Below are positions 18,671 through 27,579 of a stretch of DNA of 64,000 bases, piece by piece. The notes below the pieces were generated by a model. It searched no databases. It was not told where the DNA came from and worked only from the letters and a program-made list of their open reading frames with translations. Within the stretch, counting starts at the first letter, position 1; each line of letters begins with the position of its first letter. The DNA comes from Holophagales bacterium UBA2201 (GTDB lineage: Bacteria > Acidobacteriota > Thermoanaerobaculia > UBA2201). The stretch spans positions 7,873-71,872 of the forward strand of contig DCUZ01000016.1 of NCBI GenBank assembly GCA_002327305.1. Direction: 5' to 3'. The position numbers were made by a program, and so were the translations under genes.

Positions 18671-20224
18671 GTGAAAAAAGAACTGCTCTGGAGACTCATC
18701 CTCATCGTCGCCATCACCGCCGGCTGCCTCTGGTCCATGTTCCCCCTGAAGGAACGGATCAACCTGGGGTTGGACCTGCGGGGCGGCAGCCACCTGGTCA
18801 TGGAGGTGCAGACGGGCGACGCCATCCGCGCCGACCGCAACGACGCCCACGACTTCCTGGTGGAAAAACTCAAGAAGGAGGGGATCACGGCCGGCGAGGC
18901 GCAGTTCCCCGCCGACAACACCTTCTCGATCATCGTGCCCGCCGATTCGATCAAGGAGGCGCGCGTCCAGGCCGAGGACGACCTCCCCGGCTGGAGCGCC
19001 GACTACTCCGGGACCACCCTCACCCTGAAAATGGCCGGCAACATGCTCAAGGACCGGGAGGACAAGGCGGTCCAGCAGGCCCTGCAGACCATCAGCAACC
19101 GCGTGGACGCCCTCGGCCTGGCCGAGCCGATCATCCTGCGCGAAGGGACCTCCAACCGCATCGTGGTCCAGCTCCCGGGCGTGGACGATCCGGAACGGGT
19201 CAAGGACATCATCAAGGCCACCGCCGTCCTGGACCTCAAACTCGTGGACAAGGGGCCCGCCGAGAACAGGGAGGACCTGATCCAGGCCTACGCCGGCAGC
19301 GTCCCCGCCCATGTCGAGATCATCGGCGGCAAGTACAAGGACGAATCGGGGCGCACCATCCGCAATTTCTACGCCGTGGAGAAGAAGGCCGCCGTCTCCG
19401 GGCGCGACCTCAAGAACGCCCGCCGCTCCATGGACCGCTACAACCAGCCCGCCGTGGAGTTCTCCCTCAACGCCCAGGGGGCCAAGAAATTCGCCAAGGT
19501 CACCGGGGAGAACATCAACCGGCGCCTGGCCATCATCCTGGACAACCAGGTGATGTCGGCCCCCAACATCAAGGCGCAGATCTCCGATTCCGGCATCATT
19601 GAGGGGAGTTTCGACATCCAGGAGGCCGAGGACCTGGCCCTGACCCTGCGCTCCGGCTCCCTCCCCGCCTCGGTCATCTATCTTGAAGAGCGGACGGTGG
19701 GCCCCTCCCTCGGACAGGATTCCATCAACCGGGGGGTCAAGTCCGGCCTCATCGGGCTGCTCATCGTCGCCGTCTTCATGCTGTTCTATTACCGCCTCGC
19801 CGGCGTCAATGCCGTCACGGCCCTGTGCCTCAACATCGTCATCCTCCTCGGCGTGATGGCCTACTTCCGCGCCGTCCTCACCCTCCCCGGCATCGCCGGC
19901 GTGGTCCTGACCATCGGCATGGCGGTGGACGCCAACGTCCTGATCTTCGAGCGCATCCGGGAGGAGATCCTCCTGGGCAAGTCGGTCAAGGCGGCCATCC
20001 AGCTCGGGTTCTCGCGGGCCATGTCGGCCATCGTGGACTCCAACCTCACCACCATCATCTCGGCCCTGTTCCTCTTCCAGTTCGGAACGGGCCCCATCAA
20101 GGGTTTCGCCGTGACGCTCATCATCGGCCTCTGCGCCTCCATGTTCACGGCCATCTTCGTTTCGCGGTCCATCTTCGACTTCTTCTTCAAGTACCGCGAA
20201 CGCGTCGAGACCCTGAGCATATAG
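18671..20224 (+). CDS. secD: protein translocase subunit SecD
   Basis: LGLDLRGGSHLVMEV... with a 6-TM C-terminal domain, in tgt-yajC-secD-secF order. Confidence 0.9.
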   Translation: MKKELLWRLILIVAITAGCLWSMFPLKERINLGLDLRGGSHLVMEVQTGDAIRADRNDAHDFLVEKLKKEGITAGEAQFPADNTFSIIVPADSIKEARVQAEDDLPGWSADYSGTTLTLKMAGNMLKDREDKAVQQALQTISNRVDALGLAEPIILREGTSNRIVVQLPGVDDPERVKDIIKATAVLDLKLVDKGPAENREDLIQAYAGSVPAHVEIIGGKYKDESGRTIRNFYAVEKKAAVSGRDLKNARRSMDRYNQPAVEFSLNAQGAKKFAKVTGENINRRLAIILDNQVMSAPNIKAQISDSGIIEGSFDIQEAEDLALTLRSGSLPASVIYLEERTVGPSLGQDSINRGVKSGLIGLLIVAVFMLFYYRLAGVNAVTALCLNIVILLGVMAYFRAVLTLPGIAGVVLTIGMAVDANVLIFERIREEILLGKSVKAAIQLGFSRAMSAIVDSNLTTIISALFLFQFGTGPIKGFAVTLIIGLCASMFTAIFVSRSIFDFFFKYRERVETLSI

Positions 20225-20233
20225 GAGCGGGCC

Positions 20234-21376
20234 ATGCTGCGCATCTTACGCAATCCCCAATTTCCCTTCATGAAGTACCGGCTCCACTGGCTGGCCTTCT
20301 CCGCCCTGCTCATCCTGGCCGCCGTCGTCGCCTTCTTCGTCCGCGGCGGGTTCAACTTCGGCATTGATTTCGCCGGCGGGACCCAGGTGGCCGCCAAGTT
20401 CCGCGAGCCGATGGACATCGCCAAACTGCGTGCCATCCTGGAGGCCGCGGGCTTCAAGGACACCACCATCCAGCATTTCGACGATCCGGCCCTCAATGAG
20501 TTCCTCATCCGCGTCCAGAACATCGAGGGGCGCGAGGGCGAGACCGTCAGCCAGCTCCTGGGCGTCCTCGGCCGGTCGCTCAACGCCCCCCCTCCGGAAT
20601 CCGACCTCAACCTCCTCGGCACCAAGGCGGTCGCCGAGATCCTCTCCTCCGGCCCCTCCGAGAGCCCCGAGACCGTCCAGTCCGTGGCCGCGGCCATCGC
20701 CGCCCTCAAGAAGGACAAGGGGATCCTGGCCTCCCACGCCGACCTCAAGGACATCGACGGCCTGAGCCCCGCGATGTTCGACACCCTCAAGCAGAAGACC
20801 GCCGTGGGGCCCTACAGCGTCCTCTCTTCCGAGAGCGTCGGCCCCAAGGTGGGGAAGGACATCCAGAAAAAGGCCGTCTGGGCCGTCCTGGGGTCCCTCG
20901 CCGGAATGCTGGTCTACATCGCCTTCCGGTTCAAGCACTTCTCCTGGGGCCTCGGCGCCATCGCGGCGATCTTCCACGACGTCCTGATCATCCTCGGGTT
21001 CATGCTCTTCACCAACCGCCCCCTCGACCTCACCGGCGTCGCCGCCCTCCTGACGCTGATGGGCTATTCCATGAACGACACCGTCATCGTCTTCGACCGC
21101 ATCCGCGAGAACATGCGCCTCCGCAAACCCGGCACCCTGCTGGAGATCATGGACCGCTCCATCAACGAGACCCTCTCCCGCACCATCATCACCTCCGGCA
21201 CCACCTGGACCGTGGTGGCCTGCCTCTTCTTCCTCGGCGGCGACGTCATCAACAATTTCGCCTTCATCCTCTTCTGGGGCATCCTCATCGGCACCTACTC
21301 CTCCATCTACATCGCCAGCCCCCTGGCCTGGGCCTTCACCCGCAGGGCCTACGACCGGACCGCGAAGAAGAAGTAA
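20234..21376 (+). CDS. secF: protein translocase subunit SecF (with an expanded periplasmic domain)
   Basis: GIDFAGGTQV... and C-terminal TM bundle. It is ~80 aa longer than typical SecF because of an insert between TM1 and TM2. Confidence 0.9.
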   Translation: MLRILRNPQFPFMKYRLHWLAFSALLILAAVVAFFVRGGFNFGIDFAGGTQVAAKFREPMDIAKLRAILEAAGFKDTTIQHFDDPALNEFLIRVQNIEGREGETVSQLLGVLGRSLNAPPPESDLNLLGTKAVAEILSSGPSESPETVQSVAAAIAALKKDKGILASHADLKDIDGLSPAMFDTLKQKTAVGPYSVLSSESVGPKVGKDIQKKAVWAVLGSLAGMLVYIAFRFKHFSWGLGAIAAIFHDVLIILGFMLFTNRPLDLTGVAALLTLMGYSMNDTVIVFDRIRENMRLRKPGTLLEIMDRSINETLSRTIITSGTTWTVVACLFFLGGDVINNFAFILFWGILIGTYSSIYIASPLAWAFTRRAYDRTAKKK

Positions 21377-21405
21377 CCGCCCCCCCCCGTCCCCATGATC
21401 GCCGC

Positions 21406-21436
21406 GGCCCCGGGGCAACCCGGGGCCGTTCGTTTT
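21406..21436 (+). terminator. putative rho-independent terminator downstream of secF
   Basis: GC stem GGCCCCGGGG-CAA-CCCGGGGCC followed by GTTCGTTTT, 30 nt after the secF stop. It is also convergent with the displaced 3' gene remnant on the other strand. Confidence 0.5.
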
Positions 21437-21455
21437 GGGGATCTCCCGGGGTTGG

Positions 21456-21621
21456 TCAGCGGTTCAGCGCCGGGAACGATGCCAGCGGGGGGGCGCCCCA
21501 GATGCGGACGGACGCGGGGATCCCGTTGACGACGCAGGTCCACGAACCGTCCGTGCCCAACCCCGACATCTCCGCCATCCACACCGCCCCCCAGCCGTCC
21601 CGCGACGGGGCCTCGATGCGG
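21456..21621 (-). pseudogene. displaced native 3' end (alternative C-terminus) of the secreted-protein gene now at 27580-28080
   Basis: Reading the minus strand through repeat copy A gives ...MAEMSGLGTDGSWTCVVNGIPASVRIWGAPPLASFPALNR*. This is homologous to the C-terminus of the 27580-28080 product (...DYTWACTVDGRHSSIRVWGTPPLSSFPALNQAK*). Confidence 0.55.
21549..21621. repeat. 73-bp direct repeat, copy A (att-like boundary)
   Basis: 72/73 nt identical to 27680-27752 (tccgtgccca[a/g]ccccgacatctccgccatccacaccgccccccagccgtcccgcgacggggcctcgatgcgga). Confidence 0.85.
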
Positions 21622-21693
21622 AGTGCCATCCGGTCCCGGAGCCGGTCGCCGGATGTCTGCCGTTTGGGGGAGCTTTCCTAACGTCGCTTCGGA

Positions 21694-24678
21694 GTGTACA
21701 ATAAGCGCATGGGCATTGAAACAATCAAAGGTCTCGTGGACCGGTTTGAAACCCATCGGGATTCCTATACCTCCGGCTCCTACAACGAAACCCAGCTCCG
21801 CCGCGAGTTCCTGGACCCCTTCTTCAAGGCCCTCGGTTGGGATGTCTTCAACGAAAAGGGCTACGACGAGGCCTACAAAGAGGTCATCCACGAGGATTCC
21901 CTCAAGATCGGCGAATCCACCAAGGCCCCCGACTACTGCTTCCGCATCGGCGGCGTGCGCAAGTTTTTCGTGGAGGCCAAGAAGCCCTCCGTCAACGTCA
22001 AAGAGGATGTCTCCCCCGCCTACCAATTGCGCCGCTATGCCTGGAACGCCGACCTCCCCCTTTCCATCCTCACCGATTTCGAGGAGTTCGCCGTCTACGA
22101 TTGCCGTGAAAAGCCGGCTCTGACCGACAAGGCCTCCAGGGCCCGCGTCCTCTACCTCCCCTTCCACGAGTACCCGGAGCGCTGGGAGGAACTGGCCGCG
22201 CTTTTCTCCCCCGAGGCCGTCCTCAAGGGCTCCTTCGACCGCTACGCCCGATCGGCCAAGGCCAAGCGGGGCACCGCCGGGGTGGACGACGCCTTCCTAG
22301 AGGACATCGAGCGGTGGCGGGAACTGCTGGCCAGGGGCTTCGCCCTGCGCAACCCGGCCCTCTCCACCCATACCCTCAACTTCGCCGTTCAGCGCACCAT
22401 TGACCGCATCATCTTCCTGCGCATCGCCGAGGACCGCGGCCTGGAGCCCTACGGCACGCTTCTGGGGCAAATCAACGGCGAAGGCGTCTATCCCCGCCTC
22501 GTCGAGCTCTTCCGCAAGGCCGACCAGAAATACAACTCCGGCCTCTTCCACTTCCAGAATGAGAAGGGCCAGCACGAACGGCCCGACGACCTCACCCCCC
22601 GCCTCCACCTCGACGACAAGCCGCTGAAGGCGATCATCCAAGGGCTCTACTACCCCGAGAGCCCCTACGAGTTCTCCGTCATGCCCGCCGACATCCTGGG
22701 GCAGGTCTATGAGCGGTTCCTGGGAAAAGTCATCCGCCTCACCGCCGGCCATCAGGCCAAGGTGGAGGAGAAGCCGGAGGTGAAAAAGGCCGGCGGCGTA
22801 TTTTATACTCCCACCTTCATCGTGGACTACATCGTCCGGCATACGGTGGGACGGCTCCTGGAGGGCAAGACCCCCAAACAGATTTCAAGCCTGCGCATCC
22901 TGGACCCCGCCTGCGGCTCCGGCTCCTTCCTTCTGGGAGCCTACCAGTGCCTTCTCGACTGGCACCGCGACTGGTACCTTGCCGACGGCGCCGCGATACA
23001 CCCCAAGGAGATTTACCGCGCCCACACCGGGCAGTGGCGCCTCACCACCCCGGAGCGCAAGCGCATCCTCCTCAACTCCATCCACGGCGTGGACCTGGAC
23101 CCGCAGGCTGTGGAGGTCACCAAGCTCTCCCTCCTGCTGAAAGTCCTGGAGGGGGAGACGGAGCAGACTCTCCAGCACCAGATGGACTTCATGCGCGCCC
23201 GCGCCCTGCCCGACTTGGGGCGTAACATCCAGTGGGGCAACTCCCTCATCGGGGGCGACTACACCCACGGCCGGCAGTTGGACTTCGTGCCGGAGGAGGA
23301 GCGGTACCGCGTCAACCCCTTTGATTGGGCCCGCCAGTTCTCCGCCGTCATGGAGGCGGGGGGCTTCGACGCCGTCATCGGCAATCCCCCTTATGTGCGG
23401 CAGGAGACCCTGGGCGACGACTTCAAAGCGTATGCCGGCACGCACTTCAAGACCTTCGCCGGCACCGCCGACCTCTATGTCTATTTCATCGAGCGGGGCA
23501 TCTCGCTCCTGAAGGATGGCGGGATCTTCTCCTACATCGTCGCCAACAAGTGGCTGAGGGCCGCCTATGGGAAGCCTCTCCGGCAGTGGCTCAAGGACAA
23601 GGCCGTCGAGGAGATCGTGGACTTCGGCGACCTCCCCGTCTTCCAGGGCGCCACCACCTACCCCTGCATCCTGCGCGTCGCCAAGAGCAAGGCCAAGAAG
23701 AGTTTCAGCGCCGCCAAAGTACCGGACTTGGAGTTCACCGATCTGGAGGAGAAGGTCAAGGACCTGCGATACACCGTAGAGAAGACGACCCTCTCTCCAG
23801 ACGGCTGGTCGTTGGCCGACGCCAAGGTTTCGGCCCTCCTGGGGAAGATCAAGGCCCAAGGAATCCCTCTGAAAGAGTATGTCAAGGGAAAGATCTATCG
23901 GGGCGTTCTGACCGGCTTCAACGAGGCCTTTGTTATTGACGAGGCGACAAAGAAACGGCTCATCCAAGAAGACCCCAAAAGCGCCGAACTCATCAAGCCC
24001 TTCCTCCAGGGGCGCGACATCAAGCGGTATCAGCCGCCCACCCCGACGCGCTATCTCATCTTTACGCGCCGGGGAGTGGACATCAAACGCTATCCCGCCA
24101 TCGAGCGGCATCTGCTCCAATATAAAGAACTTCTAATGCCGAAGCCGAAAAACTGGAAGGGGAAAGAGTGGAAGGGGCGCAAGCCGGGGGCGTATCAGTG
24201 GTACGAGATTCAAGACAGCACCGATTATTACTCGGAATTTGAGAAGCCTAAGATTCTCTGGCCTGAAATAGCAGGCGATGCACGCTTCACCTTTGACCCC
24301 GCAGGCTGCTATGCCAACAACAAAGTGTTTCTAATTCCCTCTGAGGATAAATACCTTCTTGGCTTGTTGAACTCTTCGTTGCTAAAGACCTTCATACACT
24401 CCGTATGCACTGATCTCCAGGGCAGTAGTTTCAACTTCAGTGCTGTCTTTGTGCAAAAGACGCCTATCGTTGTGCCTGATCTTAAGGACAAAACACGGGT
24501 GAAGGCCAAAGAAGAGATCCTCGCCCTGGTGGACCAGCTACTTAAGATGAATGCCGACCTGGCTACCTGCACAAGCAATCAGCAGCGGGTGCTATGCCAG
24601 CGATATATTCTTGCCCACGAGAAGCAGATAAATAATGCTGTCTGTTCAATATACCGAATCGATCATGATGATTGCTAG
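21694..24678 (+). CDS. Type IIG restriction-modification enzyme (PD-(D/E)XK nuclease + gamma-class N6-adenine MTase + TRD), intact
   Basis: 994 aa. N-terminal PDYCFRIGGVRKFFVEAKKP (PD..EAK), SAM motif LDPACGSGSFLLGAY and catalytic VIGNPPYVRQE. The size and order match MmeI-like Type IIG/IIL enzymes. An alternative start is at 21709. Confidence 0.8.
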   Translation: MYNKRMGIETIKGLVDRFETHRDSYTSGSYNETQLRREFLDPFFKALGWDVFNEKGYDEAYKEVIHEDSLKIGESTKAPDYCFRIGGVRKFFVEAKKPSVNVKEDVSPAYQLRRYAWNADLPLSILTDFEEFAVYDCREKPALTDKASRARVLYLPFHEYPERWEELAALFSPEAVLKGSFDRYARSAKAKRGTAGVDDAFLEDIERWRELLARGFALRNPALSTHTLNFAVQRTIDRIIFLRIAEDRGLEPYGTLLGQINGEGVYPRLVELFRKADQKYNSGLFHFQNEKGQHERPDDLTPRLHLDDKPLKAIIQGLYYPESPYEFSVMPADILGQVYERFLGKVIRLTAGHQAKVEEKPEVKKAGGVFYTPTFIVDYIVRHTVGRLLEGKTPKQISSLRILDPACGSGSFLLGAYQCLLDWHRDWYLADGAAIHPKEIYRAHTGQWRLTTPERKRILLNSIHGVDLDPQAVEVTKLSLLLKVLEGETEQTLQHQMDFMRARALPDLGRNIQWGNSLIGGDYTHGRQLDFVPEEERYRVNPFDWARQFSAVMEAGGFDAVIGNPPYVRQETLGDDFKAYAGTHFKTFAGTADLYVYFIERGISLLKDGGIFSYIVANKWLRAAYGKPLRQWLKDKAVEEIVDFGDLPVFQGATTYPCILRVAKSKAKKSFSAAKVPDLEFTDLEEKVKDLRYTVEKTTLSPDGWSLADAKVSALLGKIKAQGIPLKEYVKGKIYRGVLTGFNEAFVIDEATKKRLIQEDPKSAELIKPFLQGRDIKRYQPPTPTRYLIFTRRGVDIKRYPAIERHLLQYKELLMPKPKNWKGKEWKGRKPGAYQWYEIQDSTDYYSEFEKPKILWPEIAGDARFTFDPAGCYANNKVFLIPSEDKYLLGLLNSSLLKTFIHSVCTDLQGSSFNFSAVFVQKTPIVVPDLKDKTRVKAKEEILALVDQLLKMNADLATCTSNQQRVLCQRYILAHEKQINNAVCSIYRIDHDDC

Positions 24679-26002
24679 CGCCGCAAACCCAGGCGTCTTC
24701 AACATACGCAGCGAATTATCAGATAAAAGCATTAGAATTCTATCAAACCAAATTGATCAAGTATTTTCGAAGAAGGGATTGGCCTTTCCGAGAAGTGCAG
24801 AAGAATTGAAAAAGTATGCTTATAATCCTTACATTAAAATAGATGGCAATATTTTTCATTTAAGTGCAATCGGATCGCAAGCGCTTGAGCGCATATTGGC
24901 CATATTTCAAGGCATTAAACCGCTGAGCGATTTACTTAGCCCAAATGATTATTACCGGATCATCCTTGGCGAGATCGAGAATTGGATCAATCGCAAATTG
25001 GTACCAAGTCCTGATGTATTCATTGATTCGGTAGAAAAGCATATATTGACCTATATAGATTGGTATCAGTTTCTATGCAAAATAGATGGGTTAATCTTGC
25101 AAGGTGTTGATCAATTGCCAATAGGAGGAAAAATAATAAGTAAGTACACACCAGAAATTCTCGATAACATAATGCAAAAATCGGATGATTTTATAAAGAT
25201 CATCAATACTGAACATAATAATTCTATTGTTATTTCAGGGAAAGAAAGAGGATCGATTGATTCAGCTTCGAGAAAATTCTGCTTCAATGCAGAATTGTGC
25301 CTATCGCTGTTGCGATTGTATCACTGTATCGCAAGAGGAGGTGATATACTGCGCCCCAAAATTAGGTTAGTTAGCGAGTGTCATGGCGCTTATGGATCAG
25401 CTATTGTATTTGGATGGGATGAGAAAACAAAGAGCGAAACTTGGATAAGACATTTTAAGGAAGATTTAAGCCTTGTAATAGACAATGAAATGTTAACTTA
25501 CTTCAGAAAGCAATGTTATTGGGATCAGTTAGCGGGCCTTATCTTAAAAGAAGACAGAAGCGAAGTAGAGGAAGCGATAGTTAAATCACTTTATTGGTTT
25601 GGCGAAGCGCATAAGGAACGCACAATTGTTACAAAATGGATTCTATTGTGGACTTGCATTGAATGCTATTTTTCTATTGATGATGAGCGGATAACAGAAA
25701 ATAATGCAATGGGCGTTGCAACTTTCCTTAAATTTGGTGGATATTCATTTGACGAATATAATGATTATCGCAAATTAAAGAGCAAGATCAGGAAATATTA
25801 TGAACTTAGAAGTCTTGCTCTGCACAGAGCATCTTATCAACATATTGAGTCTGAAGCTCTCGAGACATTTGCTCAAATGGTTGCCTGGGTGATCATTATA
25901 ATGGTCTCATTGTCATTGAGAGGTTATAACAATTTAGTCCAGATAAAGAAAGAAGCAGAAAGATTAGATAGCCTGCACTATTCGGATCAGAAAAATGGAT
26001 AA
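24635..26002 (+). CDS. hypothetical protein (AT-rich; C-terminal Rx4H HEPN-like motif), candidate defence-associated partner of the Type IIG gene
   Basis: 455 aa. Its start overlaps the R-M gene stop (alternative ATGs at 24665/24668). The C-terminal helical region contains YELRSLALHRASYQH (Rx4H). No other recognisable motif. Confidence 0.5.
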   Translation: MLSVQYTESIMMIASAANPGVFNIRSELSDKSIRILSNQIDQVFSKKGLAFPRSAEELKKYAYNPYIKIDGNIFHLSAIGSQALERILAIFQGIKPLSDLLSPNDYYRIILGEIENWINRKLVPSPDVFIDSVEKHILTYIDWYQFLCKIDGLILQGVDQLPIGGKIISKYTPEILDNIMQKSDDFIKIINTEHNNSIVISGKERGSIDSASRKFCFNAELCLSLLRLYHCIARGGDILRPKIRLVSECHGAYGSAIVFGWDEKTKSETWIRHFKEDLSLVIDNEMLTYFRKQCYWDQLAGLILKEDRSEVEEAIVKSLYWFGEAHKERTIVTKWILLWTCIECYFSIDDERITENNAMGVATFLKFGGYSFDEYNDYRKLKSKIRKYYELRSLALHRASYQHIESEALETFAQMVAWVIIIMVSLSLRGYNNLVQIKKEAERLDSLHYSDQKNG

Positions 26003-26354
26003 AGCGCTTTACATTTCCCTGCTCGTTGCCGTTGCAACTCCCGTTGTAGCATTCGCCCTGCGGCTGGCCTGGAAGGCAATCCGGCTATGGCATGCCCGCC
26101 GTCTCTCAGTGGAGGAGAAGCATCTGCTCCACTATGCGGCCAAATCCCAAGGCATGATCCACCACATGGAGGCCGATCAAATCCCCGGCGGATGGGTCCG
26201 CGCCGGCGGGATGGATTTCGACACGGAGCCCCGCCGGGCGGGTCTTTACCTTGCGGCTCTCGAACGCCTGATCGCCCTGGGCTATGTGGAGTACAAGTCG
26301 GGAAACCTATTCACTTTGACCCATTCCGGCTGGAAAAAGGGGGAAAGGACATGA
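25995..26354 (+). CDS. small membrane-anchored hypothetical protein
   Basis: 119 aa with one N-terminal TM helix (LYISLLVAVATPVVAFAL). Its ATG overlaps the upstream stop by 8 nt. Confidence 0.4.
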   Translation: MDKALYISLLVAVATPVVAFALRLAWKAIRLWHARRLSVEEKHLLHYAAKSQGMIHHMEADQIPGGWVRAGGMDFDTEPRRAGLYLAALERLIALGYVEYKSGNLFTLTHSGWKKGERT

Positions 26355-26397
26355 TGGCCGCCCGTATCGCATTCTGGAAATCGCGGAGGATGTTCTG

Positions 26398-27408
26398 ATG
26401 GTCGTTCATGCATCCTATGTCTGCCCCCGTTGTCATGGAGGCATGGAGATCGGGCCAAGCGGACTGATCTGTCCGGCCTGCACAATCACTTATCCGGTGG
26501 CGGATGGTATCGCCGACTTCTCTGAAGGCCATTACTACGATCAGTTCGACCCCTCCTCCTCGCTCACCGTCGAACATCAGGCGGGGCTAAATCACGAGGT
26601 CGAGGGGTCCCGATGGCGCATCCAGGCCTATTATCTCCCCAAGATCGAAACGACTTTACGCAAATTTGCTCTGGAGCGCTCCAGGATACAGATCCTGGAT
26701 TGCGGCTGCGGCAACGGCTGGTCGGTGGACCTGCTAAACGACACGGGGCTCTTGACCTGGGGGGTTGACCTGTCCCAATTGCGCCGGTGGCAGTGGAGGG
26801 AGCGCAAGCACAAAGGCAACCTTGCGGTGGCCGACGCCCGCCGTCTTCCCTTCGAGGATGGCCGTTTTCATTTCATCCTCTGTTCCGGCGTCATTGAGCA
26901 CATCGGGGTCCAGGAGTACAAGCTGGGGGCCTATAGCGTGAAACCCCTGGAAAACCGCGACGCCATGCGAACAGCATTCCTTTCCGAACTCCTGCGGGTC
27001 CTCGCTCCCGGCGGCACGCTCTGGCTGGATTGTCCCAACGGGGCCTTCCCCATTGATTTCTGGCATGGCGATCGGGTGGGCCAGGCCCGCCGCCATGCGC
27101 TGAATGAGGGCTTCCTGGCCAAGACCGGCGAGATTCGGAGCTATCTATCGGCGATCAAGACGCCGGCTTCCTTGAAGCCGCGCAGCCCTCATCGCCTATT
27201 CCGCTTCCAGCAGGTGGGGCGGCATTGGTACGGTCGTGCGATCCGGCCTTTGATGGGTATATATTTCAACCTCATGCGTGTGTTTCCTTTCTCCATCTTG
27301 GCCGGCACGGGCCTCAATCCGTACTTGGTCCTGGAGATCAGCAAGGAGGCAGATCATGTGCATTCGAAGGAGCACTCTACGGCAATATTGCTTATCAAAC
27401 AACAGTAA
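26398..27408 (+). CDS. class I SAM-dependent methyltransferase with N-terminal Trm112-like zinc ribbon
   Basis: CPRCHGGM...CPAC zinc ribbon, then ILDCGCGNGWSVDLL (motif I) and ADARRLPFEDGRFHFILCSGVIEHI (Methyltransf_11-like). No DNA-MTase DPPY/NPPY motif. Confidence 0.7.
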   Translation: MVVHASYVCPRCHGGMEIGPSGLICPACTITYPVADGIADFSEGHYYDQFDPSSSLTVEHQAGLNHEVEGSRWRIQAYYLPKIETTLRKFALERSRIQILDCGCGNGWSVDLLNDTGLLTWGVDLSQLRRWQWRERKHKGNLAVADARRLPFEDGRFHFILCSGVIEHIGVQEYKLGAYSVKPLENRDAMRTAFLSELLRVLAPGGTLWLDCPNGAFPIDFWHGDRVGQARRHALNEGFLAKTGEIRSYLSAIKTPASLKPRSPHRLFRFQQVGRHWYGRAIRPLMGIYFNLMRVFPFSILAGTGLNPYLVLEISKEADHVHSKEHSTAILLIKQQ

Positions 27409-27579
27409 CACCGGCAAAACTCCGCTATGAACTTGTGCCTTCCAACGGCAACCATTATTATTTGATCACCGCTTATAGTGCCAATCAGGAAAGCAGCCCT
27501 GGAAATGGCACCAGCGGGCCCCGTCCTGTCTCGCAATGCACCTGCCCGCCATAAATACGGACGAGAAAAGCCCAGCTAT

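Noticed and set aside
26398-27408. The island's 336-aa methyltransferase as a DNA MTase (orphan or R-M partner)
   Set aside because: It has a Methyltransf_11-type small-molecule/RNA MTase motif set and a Trm112-like zinc ribbon, and it lacks the DPPY/NPPY motif IV of DNA amino-MTases.
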